64,000 nt of DNA from Nemertoderma westbladi (lineage: Eukaryota; Animalia; Xenacoelomorpha): assembly GCA_032718475.1 (NCBI GenBank), contig JAUCBJ010009100.1:1-64000 (forward strand). Direction: 5' to 3'. A model generated the notes under the pieces. That model had not been told where the DNA came from and ran no database searches. It saw only the letters and a list, made by a program, of their open reading frames with translations. Shown piece after piece: positions 38,477 through 49,586 of the stretch. The position numbers were made by a program, and so were the translations under genes. Positions within the stretch are counted from its first letter, which is position 1. Every line of letters begins with the position of its first letter.

Positions 38477-41400
38477 TTAATCACGCTTGCTGCGTCTTAC
38501 ATAAGTCCAAACGCCATCACCGTCGATGTCATCATGATCATTGTCGCTGAATTGCTTCTGATCGTGATCTATACTATTACCACCTTGTTGGACTACTTCC
38601 TCCTTGTTCTCTGGTTCTCTGTGGTTTTCTGGTTCTCCATCGCTAAGAAGGCGAAGGAAGCGGCGGTTTCTCCAGTATTCTCGTCCATTGTCAGCAGCAA
38701 TTAGGTAACTGCGGTTCCTTGAACAATCCTTGATAATAGTACCTATCAGGTCCCATTTCTTCGTCTGGTGGTGCTGAATTCTGACTCGGTCTCCTTGTGT
38801 GAAATAATTGGTTATTTCACGAGTACCTCTGTCATACAATTCCTTTGAGATTCTCTGATTATGTGCGGCTTTAACATCGGCAAATTGTATATCATGTTCA
38901 TCTACATTTTTGAATGATGTTGCAGACGTTGGCATCTTACTTCTCAACTGCCTTCCTATGACCCGCTGAGCCAGGCTGAGACCATCGGCACGGGGTGTGT
39001 TTCTGTATTCCAGTAACGCGTTTGCGAATTCATCTGTCGAAATGTCGCCCTTTGGACATACCTTTACAACCAAATCTTTGATACATCTTACTGCCGCTTC
39101 TGCGTATCCATTGGATTCATGGTTGTATGGTGAAGATGGTTGATGGTTAATTCCCCATTCTTGACAAAAGTTTTTAAATTCAGTTCTAAATTGTGGACCC
39201 CCATCCGTTGTGAGCCTATCAGGAATGCCCATATTTGTAAACCAAACTCTGAATTTCTTCTTAGTAGTATAGGTGTCAACACCACCGTGCCCACATTCGA
39301 AAACATCAGGCCATCCTGAGTATTTATCGGTGATAACTAGATATTCTTTAGCAGCATGGGCGAAGAAATCAGCCGCTATTGATTCACCAGGCCTTGTGGG
39401 TCGCACATCAGCCATCATAGGTTCCTTCCGATTACTAGCTTTATGGACCTCGCACTCATTACACTCCGAAACTAATGTCCCTATGTCATTGCTGATCCCA
39501 GGCCAAAAGACGCACATCCGTGCCCTTCTGAGGGCTCTGTCACGCCCTTGGTGTGCTGCATGCAATTCTTTTAAAACAACTTTACGCATGGCTACGGGTA
39601 TAACAATGCGATTCTCTGCATACATGACCACATTGTCAACAATTGATAGCCCATAACGAAAATTCCAATATGGTCTTAACATTTCACTAACCATGTGTTT
39701 GGTGGGTGGAAATCCTGTAGCGATTAGCTTACGAAGTTCAAAATAAGCTGGGTCACGATTTGCCTCTTGTTTAACCTTTTCCCAGCCTAAACCCTTGGTG
39801 TTTGTCGTGGGTGGAGAGACATTTACTGTATTAAGGCTGTGTGCTGCGCTTAACAATGAGGTGTGAGCGAACTCTTCTATTTCGGTCTCACCTTGTTCAT
39901 CTTCTGCCGTTGGATGTGAAACTGGGAACCTAGAAAATGTGTCTACTACTGTATGTGTAATTCCTTGTCTCCATATAGCAGAAGGTCTGTAGCAGGCAAG
40001 CTTTTCTTTTAAACGAATGATTCGTGGTGTCTCGATTTGGTCTAATGTTTTTCCATTGATGATGGATATGAGAGGTTTATGGTCTACAATGAGCTCAAAA
40101 TGAGCCCCCTGAAGAAATAATTTGCTCTTGTGAGTGGCCCATACTACGCCAAGGAGTTCTATTTCAGTAGCTGAGTATCTCGATTCAGTTGTCGTCAATG
40201 TTCTAGAACCGCACTGCAGTAGCTTCCATATACCTGCTTTGTCTTGTTGCCATAGTGCAAATCCTAGACCTTTTGATTGGGCTGCATCGGTTTCTAACCG
40301 TAGTGGAGCATCAGGTATGAAGTTAGTGAGCACTCTAGGGGACATAAGGATCTCTATTATTGATTTAAAAGCCTTTCTTTGGTCTGCTTCCCATATAAAC
40401 CGGGTCTTATGCGAGGTTAGAGCCATAAGAGGTTTTGCTGCTTGTGCCAAGTCTGGTGTGAAGGCCTGAAATTGTTGGATAAGGCCACAGAATGATCTCA
40501 GATCAGTTGTTGACTTCGGCTCTGGGAAGTTTCTGAGTGCACTTGTCAGGGAAGGGTTAACACTATAACCATTTTGGTTGACAACATAACCGCACCATTC
40601 TACTTCAGGTTGCCCAAACATGAATTTGCGCTTACTAAGCGTTATACCATTGTCATTAAAACGTTGTAAGATAGAACGCACCCTCCGTTCATGATCATCT
40701 ATGTTGGTGTCATATACGATGACATCTTCAACCACCTTCTTAAAATTATCAACGCCTTCCATGGCAGTGTCGCCTCTGCTATCGTGCTCATCACCGGCGC
40801 TAGGCAATCCCATGGGGTTTCTGAGAAATTGTTCTCTGCCCCATGGTGTGATGAAAGTAGTCATATCTCGTGCACTATCAGTAAGCGGAACTTGCCAATA
40901 CCCATGTCGTGAATCCATTGTAGTAAAAATAGTCATACCATTAGGAATTTTGGCTACTTCATTTTTGGGTACTTTCGATGGGTGCACTGGCCTTTTTACA
41001 TACTTATTCAAAGCTGTGAAATCTACTGTTATTCTTGGCTCTGATGAGTTCTTTTTAGGTGTTACCACCATTGGATGTATCCAATTGGTGACCTCTGTTA
41101 TTGGTACCTTCCTCGTGATGCCGTTTCTCCTCATCTTTTCCAGCATTTCTTTCACCTTATCCTCCCAATGGATGGGAACGTTATATGGTTTAAATTTTTT
41201 TACTGGAATTGCCCCATCTTCTAATATAATATCCATAGGCGGCCCACTCATGGGTCTCAGTGGACCTTCATCCGCGAAAACGTCTGGGAAATCATGTATG
41301 AGTGCTTCCTTCATAGCAGTAACCTTTCGTTTCATTGCATCATCTTTACTGTTATTATTGGAATCTGACTCCGTGGCTGTCTTCACATTATTGCCTGACG

Positions 41401-43096
41401 CCATAGGTATCAATGACAACGTAGACACACTTGCTTTACAACTGCCATCACATCTGGCTTGTGGCCATCCTTGAGGTATGAGGCCTAGAATAACGCACCC
41501 TTCATAACTTAATATTGGATTATTTGTATAATCCAGCACATGTGCCTTGCATTGGTATTCTTTCATACCAAGTCTCAGTGTAAGCTTAACCTTTCCATGA
41601 GACTCTAACGGCTTTGCATCTGGGCCGATAAGCGTATCGCTATCGGGAATCATCATAAGCCCCCCAGCATCATTATTTCCCAATTCGGCGAGATCTTGAA
41701 GGCTGATAGCATTGCGTTTTGCTCCTGTGTCTGCTAACCATTGTCTGCTACCACTGCGTCTGCTATTTTCGGTATTGGTTGTGTATAGTGTGATGAGCTT
41801 AGTCTCATTATTATCGTAAACAGTAGATATTTCGATGCTTTTAACGTCAATACTGTTAACCGGTTGCCTACTGGCCAGTTTTTTATTGACACGACACATC
41901 TTTATAAGATGGCCCCTTTTGCCACAGTTAAAACAATCAACATTTTTTGCGAAACATTTATCTTTACCATGTGGACGTCCGCAATTCTGACATGAAATGC
42001 CAGGAGAGTCCCTTACTATCTGCTGCATTTGTGATTTGTATGCCGATCTTTTGACTGCACATAACAATTCCCCATTCACTTTTTCGGTATCTGAAATAGA
42101 CATAGAAGCTACTGGATTATATAACACGCCTGGCTTCTCTAGCGCCATATCTACAGACTGACTAGCCTCGAGTGCTCTGGTTGTCGCGAGAACATCTGCC
42201 ATTGTTAGACAGTTCATTGGTGTCTTGAGCACCTCTTGGCGAAGTTTAGACTCTCTTAGGCCTGCCATGAATTGTGTTAATAGGCGATCATGTCGATGTA
42301 TGTCAGCTTTATCACATATTTCTTTTACATCGCACGCCCTATCTAGAGCTTGAAGCGCCATGTAAAACTGTGTTATGTTTTCACCTGGCTGTTGCTTTCT
42401 CTGCACGAAAGCAACTCTATCTAATAACTCATGTCGTTCACCACGTAGATAATTACGCATGCATTTCAGGATATAATTGGTGTCGTCACGTGGCCCTATC
42501 ACAATTATACCTTCAGCCCATAGCTTTGTCCACTCAGGGTCCAAAGCCGACCTTAAGACTCCCCTCCGGGCATCTATGTCTGCATCATTTAACCTGGTGC
42601 CTGCGGCGAAGTCATGCCATCGCTGTTGCCAGTCCTCGAAATCGGTCAATGTGAGACCTGCTGGTGATCTTAGGACAGGGGTGTCCATCTGGCGGGGTCT
42701 TGGCTTACCCATTACTTGTGCGGCACTCGTCATTGGTAGGCGAGCCTTTAGCTCTTCCCGCTTGTTACCGATGTACTTCTGGAAGTATATTGTTAGTTTT
42801 TGTAAGTTTGTTACATACCTTTCAGTGGCGTCATCCTCTTGTTCATCAAGACCGACGATTTCGTCATGACATGCGGCATACCTTTCAACAGCCTTCAAGA
42901 AAAGGTTAAGTGCAGTATCTAGCGCTTCCACTTCAACATTTCCTTGTCTGTCGTGGTCTAAGTCTTCAAAGGCAGTAATCTCAGACCGTAATACAGCTTC
43001 TGTTCGTGTACAGTTACTTTTGTACCCTCTTCTACTGGCCTTTAACCTTCTCAGCTCATCTTCTGTGCCGTCAGTTGACATGATTACTAATGCCAC
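38477..43096 (-). CDS. gag-pol: Gag-Pol polyprotein, 1539 aa (gag with Cys/His knuckles, PR, RT, RNase H, integrase)
   Basis: CFNCGKRGHLIKMC; LADTGA; PRITVDF...DSRHGYWQ...PMGL...KVVEDVIV; LETDA...EIEL...VDHKPL; AADFF/TDGGPQF/SNGYAE. No stops. Confidence 0.95.
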   Translation of the reverse strand: MALVIMSTDGTEDELRRLKASRRGYKSNCTRTEAVLRSEITAFEDLDHDRQGNVEVEALDTALNLFLKAVERYAACHDEIVGLDEQEDDATERYVTNLQKLTIYFQKYIGNKREELKARLPMTSAAQVMGKPRPRQMDTPVLRSPAGLTLTDFEDWQQRWHDFAAGTRLNDADIDARRGVLRSALDPEWTKLWAEGIIVIGPRDDTNYILKCMRNYLRGERHELLDRVAFVQRKQQPGENITQFYMALQALDRACDVKEICDKADIHRHDRLLTQFMAGLRESKLRQEVLKTPMNCLTMADVLATTRALEASQSVDMALEKPGVLYNPVASMSISDTEKVNGELLCAVKRSAYKSQMQQIVRDSPGISCQNCGRPHGKDKCFAKNVDCFNCGKRGHLIKMCRVNKKLASRQPVNSIDVKSIEISTVYDNNETKLITLYTTNTENSRRSGSRQWLADTGAKRNAISLQDLAELGNNDAGGLMMIPDSDTLIGPDAKPLESHGKVKLTLRLGMKEYQCKAHVLDYTNNPILSYEGCVILGLIPQGWPQARCDGSCKASVSTLSLIPMASGNNVKTATESDSNNNSKDDAMKRKVTAMKEALIHDFPDVFADEGPLRPMSGPPMDIILEDGAIPVKKFKPYNVPIHWEDKVKEMLEKMRRNGITRKVPITEVTNWIHPMVVTPKKNSSEPRITVDFTALNKYVKRPVHPSKVPKNEVAKIPNGMTIFTTMDSRHGYWQVPLTDSARDMTTFITPWGREQFLRNPMGLPSAGDEHDSRGDTAMEGVDNFKKVVEDVIVYDTNIDDHERRVRSILQRFNDNGITLSKRKFMFGQPEVEWCGYVVNQNGYSVNPSLTSALRNFPEPKSTTDLRSFCGLIQQFQAFTPDLAQAAKPLMALTSHKTRFIWEADQRKAFKSIIEILMSPRVLTNFIPDAPLRLETDAAQSKGLGFALWQQDKAGIWKLLQCGSRTLTTTESRYSATEIELLGVVWATHKSKLFLQGAHFELIVDHKPLISIINGKTLDQIETPRIIRLKEKLACYRPSAIWRQGITHTVVDTFSRFPVSHPTAEDEQGETEIEEFAHTSLLSAAHSLNTVNVSPPTTNTKGLGWEKVKQEANRDPAYFELRKLIATGFPPTKHMVSEMLRPYWNFRYGLSIVDNVVMYAENRIVIPVAMRKVVLKELHAAHQGRDRALRRARMCVFWPGISNDIGTLVSECNECEVHKASNRKEPMMADVRPTRPGESIAADFFAHAAKEYLVITDKYSGWPDVFECGHGGVDTYTTKKKFRVWFTNMGIPDRLTTDGGPQFRTEFKNFCQEWGINHQPSSPYNHESNGYAEAAVRCIKDLVVKVCPKGDISTDEFANALLEYRNTPRADGLSLAQRVIGRQLRSKMPTSATSFKNVDEHDIQFADVKAAHNQRISKELYDRGTREITNYFTQGDRVRIQHHQTKKWDLIGTIIKDCSRNRSYLIAADNGREYWRNRRFLRLLSDGEPENHREPENKEEVVQQGGNSIDHDQKQFSDNDHDDIDGDGVWTYVRRSKRD

Positions 43097-43189
43097 ATAA
43101 GTAACACAGATTTATTTTAACATTTCAAACTTACATTAATAATGAAAATTATTGAAAAATTCAAACTTATATAAAATTGCTTAAACACA

Positions 43190-43198
43190 ACTGCGCCA
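43190..43198 (-). other. Primer-binding site TGGCGCAGT (tRNA-Ser-like)
   Basis: Directly internal to the 5' LTR. The same 9-mer follows the Gypsy-C 5' LTR at 58359. Confidence 0.75.
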
Positions 43199-43418
43199 TG
43201 GTATAAAATGAGTTTAATAATGTGGTATTATATAATAATAATATAATGTATAAAATATAAACGCAATGTCAATGAATCTAAGGTACACATTGCATAATAT
43301 ACATGGATGTAATAGCCCTCCACCATCTGCTTAATCCCACTATGCAAACAATGAATACATACATTGTGATGAGGTGCTTTACACTAATATTGATGCGGCA
43401 TTATTGCATACTACACCA

Positions 43419-43775
43419 ATATGGTAAATCTATGAGTTAGATATAGTAAATCTAAGAGTTAGATATAGTAAATCTATGAGTTAGATATAGTAAATCTATG
43501 AGTTAGATATAGTAAATCTATTAGTTAGATAGAGTAAATCTATTAGTTACATATAGTAAATCTAAGAGTTAGATATAGTAAATCTATTAGTTAGATATAG
43601 TAAATCTATTAGTTAGATATGGTAAATCTATGAGTTAGATATAGTAAATCTAAGAGTTAGATATAGTAAATCTATGAGTTAGATATAGTAAATCTATGAG
43701 TTAGATATAGTAAATCTATTAGTTACATATAGTAAATCTATGAGTTAGATATAGCAAATCTATGAGTTAGATATA
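43419..43775. repeat. 22-bp satellite, terminal ~16 monomers
   Basis: Resumes in register after the Gypsy-A TSD. Confidence 0.95.
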
Positions 43776-44155
43776 TCCATAATTATATTATCTGTTAAAC
43801 TGGGATGGTAATAATGGGCCTCGCCCTGATTACTTTGTTTATTATCTGATAATAATTGACTGCCAATCTCTGTAGATAGTAGCTCCCACATTTCCTACTT
43901 TCTATTGGTACAGTACAAGGTGCTAATAGTTATGATCAGCTGTTCTGGCCCTACCATTGAATGCCTTGTAACGGTAGTTAAGGAATTATTGCGGTCAGGT
44001 GGTACCTCAGCTTTCATGTAATAGTGTTGCTTTCATGTAGTCAGTAGATAATGTTTACAGTACTGTATGTTTTACAGAACTCAATTACTGTGGTTATTGT
44101 TATGTACCTGTAGGCTTACCACATGTATGACAGTACTAACCTGCACTGCATGTGC

Positions 44156-44319
44156 ACGTATGTGTTATTCATATTCAGACTTTAGTAATACAACTGTACT
44201 AGCGATCATTGCGATTACTTGTAATGACTTATGATAATATTCGCTATTATGCATCATATTTATCTATGATCGCTAGTACAGTTGTATTACTAAAGTCTGA
44301 ATATGAATAACACATACGT
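44156..44319. repeat. Perfect 54-bp inverted repeat with a 56-nt loop
   Basis: 44156-44209 is the reverse complement of 44266-44319. Confidence 0.95.
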
Positions 44320-44400
44320 TTTTTCTTTTAGTGCCAATAAGCGGGGATTGCTTATATCTTCAATATTCCACTATCAGGTAAACCAAGACGCATAACCTGT

Positions 44401-47400
44401 CATGCAATAGCTGATACTGGGGCCCAATCCGCGGTGGCTGGTATGCGTCTAGTTAAATCTCTTGGTCTAACAAAATCGGATTTGATCCCTGTGACACAGT
44501 CTTTGGTAGCAGCCAATGGAACAAAATTAAAGATTTATGGTGGGTTATTTTTAAAAGTCAATTGTCAGACAAAGCAAGGAGTTTCTAGGAGCACTAAACT
44601 ACTTGTATACATTCAGGGCAACTGCGACCAATTTTTCCTTAGCCGAAAAGCTTGTGAATGTCTAGGAATTATATCGACTGATTCCCCCCAAATAAATTCA
44701 ATAACTAATCAATGCTTCAACAATGATAGCAATAGTGCAATTGCCCCATGTGGCTGTCTTAGACGATCCGCACCACCAATTTCACCCTCAATGCCACCCT
44801 TACCCCTGATACCGGAGAATAGAGATGCCATAGAGAAATGGCTGTTGAACTACTATGCATCAAGCACCTTTAACTAAGCATCAGGCCTTGCCTACTATGT
44901 CAGGACCACCACTCAGTCTAATGATTGATGTAAATGCAAAACCACACGCTATTCACACACCGATACCTGTTCCTATCCACTGGCAGAAGGCTGTCAAGGA
45001 AGGACTTGATAGGGATGTTCGTTTGGGTGTCATCGAGCCAGTCCCTTGGGGGACTCCTACATCCTGGTGCAGTCGGATGGTAACTGTAGCCAAAAAGGAT
45101 GGTACGCCAAGGAGAACAGTTGATTTACAACACCTAAATGCAGCCTCAGTTCGCCAAACTCACCATACACCATCGCCGTTTCATCAAGCCATGTCTGTAC
45201 CACATCATACTAAGAAGACAGTGTGTGATGCATGGAATGGCTATCATAGTGTTGCTATCAAGCCAGAAGATAGACATTTCACAACATTTATCACCCCTTG
45301 GGGGCGTTACCAGTATCGAACCACCCCTCAAGGCTTCATAGCCGCTGGTGATGGCTATACACGCAAGTATGACGAAATTATTACTGATATAAGCAACAAA
45401 ACGAAATGTGTCGACGATGTATTACTTTGGTCGAACAATATAAAGCAAAGTTTCCAACAAACGTGTGAGTTTCTATGTCGTTGTGCAGATAATGGCATTA
45501 TACTAAATCCAAACAAATTCCAATTCGCAAAGAGTGAAGTTGAGTTTGCAGGCTTTGTCATAACAGATGATAGTGTAAAACCAAGCAAGAAATATCTGCA
45601 AGCCATTCTAGACTTTCCCACACCAACAAATATCACGGGTATACGCTCTTGGTTTGGACTTGTTAATCAGGTATCATATGCGCTTTCCATGACTGATAAA
45701 ATGCTGCCATTTCGCGAACTGCTGCAAACTGGAGTAAAATTCTACTGGGATAACCAACTACAAATGCTTTTTGATGAATCCAAACAGACAATCGTGAAAG
45801 CAGTAGAAGAAGGTGTCAGAATATTTGACCCGACTAGAAAGACTTGTCTTACAACAGATTGGTGTAAAATTGGCACAGGATTCTTCCTTACCCAGAAACA
45901 CTGTACATGCCTAATGACATCACCTGACTGTTGCTCCAATGGTTGGAAACTAGTATTTGCAGGTAGCAAATTCAATAGCCCAGCTGAATCTAACTATTCT
46001 CCAGTAGAAGGAGAAGCGTTGGCAGTAGTTAAAGGGTTGAATAAGACCCGATACTTTACTCTGGGTATCTCACACCTGATAGTAGCTTCAGATCATAAGC
46101 CATTGCTGAAGATCCTTGGTGATAAAAATATGGAAGATATAAGCAATCCCCGCTTATTGGCACTAAAAGAAAAAACATTGGGGTATAAATTTACCATTAT
46201 ATATCTACCTGGCAAGACTATACGTGGTCCTGATGCGGCATCCCGGTATCCATCAGGTGAGTTACCATCATCTGATACGATTAATCCCATAGTAGCCGAA
46301 GTTGCTAGTGATGATGATTGTTATGAAACTGAATTATCCACAATGACGAGTGCTGTTTGTTCATTGTACTCGTTAGGTACTATTAAATCTGTTACATGGA
46401 ATCGTGTCCGTGAAGCCACTATGAGTGATGATGTAATGTTGGACCTGTTGAAGATAATCCAATGTGGCTTTCCTGATAACCGACATAGTGTACCAGCACA
46501 TTTATTGGAATACTTTCCCTACCGCGAGAATCTCTCGACCGTTGACGATAGTGTCATTATCTACAACAACAGAGTAGTCATACCACCATTGCTAAGAACT
46601 GAGGTTTTAGAAGCTCTACATTCAGCACATCAAGGTGTAACATCAATGGTGTCACGCGCTACCTCATCTGTATTCTGGCCAGGCATTACTCCGGATATTA
46701 CTAATATGCGCTCACACTGTTCTGCATGTAATCAAATGGCCCCGTCACAACCCAATCAACCACCAATGCCGATGGTTTACCCCGAATACCCATTTCAATG
46801 CATCTGCGCTGACTATGCTCATATCGAGGGATCAAACTATCTCATCATTGTTGATCGATACTCTGGATGGCCCCAAATTAGTAAAGCAGCCGCAGGAGAA
46901 GGTGCGAAACAACTAGTCGGAGAACTAAAGCAACATTGTGCCACATTTGGAATCCCAGAGGAGGCAGCAACAGATGGAGGACCTGAGTTCCAATCTGCTG
47001 AAACTTTAAAATTTATGAAAAACTGGGGAATACAGCACCGATTGTCTTCAGTTGCATTTCCCCATTCCAATGCGAGGGCTGAAATTGGTGTCAAAACAAT
47101 GAGGCGTCTCTTAACTGACAATATAGGACCCAATGGAAACCTTAATACAGATAACTTCCTTCGAGCACTACTCCAATATCGAAACACACCAGACCAAGAC
47201 ACAAAGATATCACCAGCAGTAGCGATATTTTTGCGACAAATTCGGGACTTCACACCCGTTCTTCCATCGAAATATAAGCCATGCAAAGAATGGCAAGATA
47301 CTCTAATATGTCGCGAGGAAGCTCTTCGTAAACGCCATAACATAGCACATGAACGACTAGAAGAACATACACATCGACTTCCACCATTAAAAGTTGGTGA

Positions 47401-48208
47401 CCATGTCTATGTTCAAAACCAAGTTGGTAATCACCCCAAGAAATGGGATAGAACAGCATTGGTAGTAGAAGTAAAGCAATTCGACCAATACAATGTTCGC
47501 ATAGATGGATCTGGTAGAATGTCACTCCGAAATCGTAAATTTCTTCGTAAATTCACGCCCTTTCCAACGAATGATACAAAGCTGATATCAAATAGCATAC
47601 CAGTTCCCAAATCTTTATTGCCTGAGAATCATGCAAGAAAAACGATACAACCAACCAATACAGAAAGCCAAACCACCGATCCAAAAATCGAACCACCTAA
47701 ACCAGATAATCAAATCAATGATCAACCACCTAAACCAGGTGATCAAACCAACGATCAACCACCTAATAGGGGCAATCAACCACTCAAACCACCTATTCCT
47801 GGTTATCAAACCAGTGATCATACAATCATCGATCCCCATTCAATTCCAAAGAATCCATCAAGCACAATAACTCTCCCAGAGGAGATCTCAAGACCTACCT
47901 CAGATATTGTCATTACCCCACCGGCACCGCTACCACTAAAAGTGTCCCCTCACAAAACGGGCCGTACCGTAAGTACCACTAGCAGTCGACCACCAAACGT
48001 TGATATTACGTCACCTACGGCTACGATGTCATTGCCACGCCGATCAAATCGGAAGTGCCAGCCTAATACTCGTCTTCGGGATTATGAGACTTCTCTTAAT
48101 GTTGTCAGAGGTAGTCATGGTTTGTCACGAGTTTTCACACGCCAGCGAAGTAAACTTAAAGAGGGTGAAATAAATCACTCAATAAATGACTCAGCGAAAA
48201 CTCTCTAG
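44401..48208 (+). pseudogene. pol: Gypsy-B pol (PR, RT, RNase H, integrase) with a frameshift near 44875
   Basis: HAIADTGAQS; PRRTVDL...DAWNGYH...KCVDDVLL; LTTDWC...SDHKPL; CADY/TDGGPEF/SNARAE; Pro/Gln-rich tail. Confidence 0.92.
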
Positions 48209-48301
48209 AACTATATCAGTATATCGAAACAACCGTAAACTCATATGTTCTCAGCGAAAACTCTCTAGAACTATATCGAAACAACTGTAAACTCATATGT
48301 T
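48190..48301. repeat. ~55-60-bp tandem duplication before the PPT
   Basis: CTCAGCGAAAACTCTCTAGAACTATATC...GTAAACTCATATGTT occurs twice. Confidence 0.85.
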
Positions 48302-49586
48302 ATCATGTGACTCTTGTTTGGGAGGGGGAGATAGATAATGTTTACAGTACTGTATGTTTTACAGAACTCAATTACTGTGGTTATTGTTATGTACCTGTAG
48401 GCTTACCACATGTATGACAGTACTAACCTGCACTGCATGTGCACGTATGTGTTATTCATATTCAGACTTTAGTAATACAACTGTACTAGCGATCATTGCG
48501 ATTACTCGTAATGACTTATGATAATATTCGCTATTATGCATCATATTTATCTAGTCAGGTGGTATCTCTACATTGATAATACCGTACTAAACATATTTGA
48601 ACTTATTTATATTTAGATATATTTCATATTTATATTCAGTCAGTGGCTACCTAGTACTCGCTGTGCTGTACGAGGCGACCCAGTCTTGCCTGAACGGTGA
48701 ACGGTGCTACACAGCGGAGGCCAGTTAAACAAACAAAGTGAGTTTCAAACCACATTAATAGGTTTACCCTGCTTGGTGTCTTGTAGCTCTACCGTAAAGC
48801 CATAAGCTGCCCCCTTATGACCCTTTTGTGTAAGATAGTTTAAAATAAGTGTGCGAATGTCCCCTATCCACCCCGGAATTCGACCTGTCAGTCACGTCGT
48901 ACCGAGAAAGTCGGGTGTCAGGTTCTTTATTAACTGTCTAACAGTCACCGACTTTGACATTAAAGGAAAGTTAGATTTTTCAATTAATACCAGTTACCTG
49001 TAACTGATATTAATTGGAGAAAGTGCGATCCTCATTCGCCACCTTTCTGTGTGGTCTGATTTTACTTACAGTACCTTTAAAGTGAGATATATATTTAAAA
49101 AAAATATATATAAGGGTTAATTTTTTACTGTTGCTGGTAATATCTAAGTTTATATATATACTGTACTGTTGTATATATGGTGTGTTTACATAGAGTAGAT
49201 ATACCGGTAGTATACATAATTAAATTGACTTGGGATTCCAATGATATTTGACTGTGGAATGTCTGCATACTGGCACCTTAATAAAATTACACACGTTTGA
49301 TTAAATTGATAATTGGTTTAATTTCGTAAATTTAAATATATTGAAATTGGCCTAAAACGAATAGTTTTGTTTCCGCAGCGATTTGTTGCAGATATTGTTT
49401 ACTATTTCGATTTACTACTAACCGCTAACCGTTGTATAGTTTCTCATTTAAATTTAGGCTATAATGTAAAAGGTTGACCTGAAAAAATTGGTTATTAAAA
49501 AGATAAAGGCTAATTTATTTTATTTTTACAGGCCTACATAATCAATTATTAATTTATATAAATAACAATTCCCACAAGTATTAAAT

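Larger units (their letters stand above)
38144..43418 (-). mobile_element. Gypsy-A: full-length Ty3/Gypsy (Mag-like) LTR retrotransposon in the satellite
   Basis: 220-bp LTRs at 38144-38363 and 43199-43418 with TG...CA ends and no difference seen. TSD ATATG. PBS TGGCGCAGT (tRNA-Ser type). PPT AAGGGGGG. Confidence 0.96.
44045..48553 (+). mobile_element. Gypsy-B: gag-less Ty3/Gypsy element nested in the BEL-3 5' LTR
   Basis: 222-bp LTRs at 44045-44266 and 48332-48553; one substitution seen. TSD GTCAG; the empty site is visible at ~62866. PPT GGGAGGGGGAGA. Confidence 0.93.

Noticed and set aside
40134-42909. Antisense ORFs of up to 257 aa over Gypsy-A pol
   Set aside because: Shadow frames of the long coding strand.
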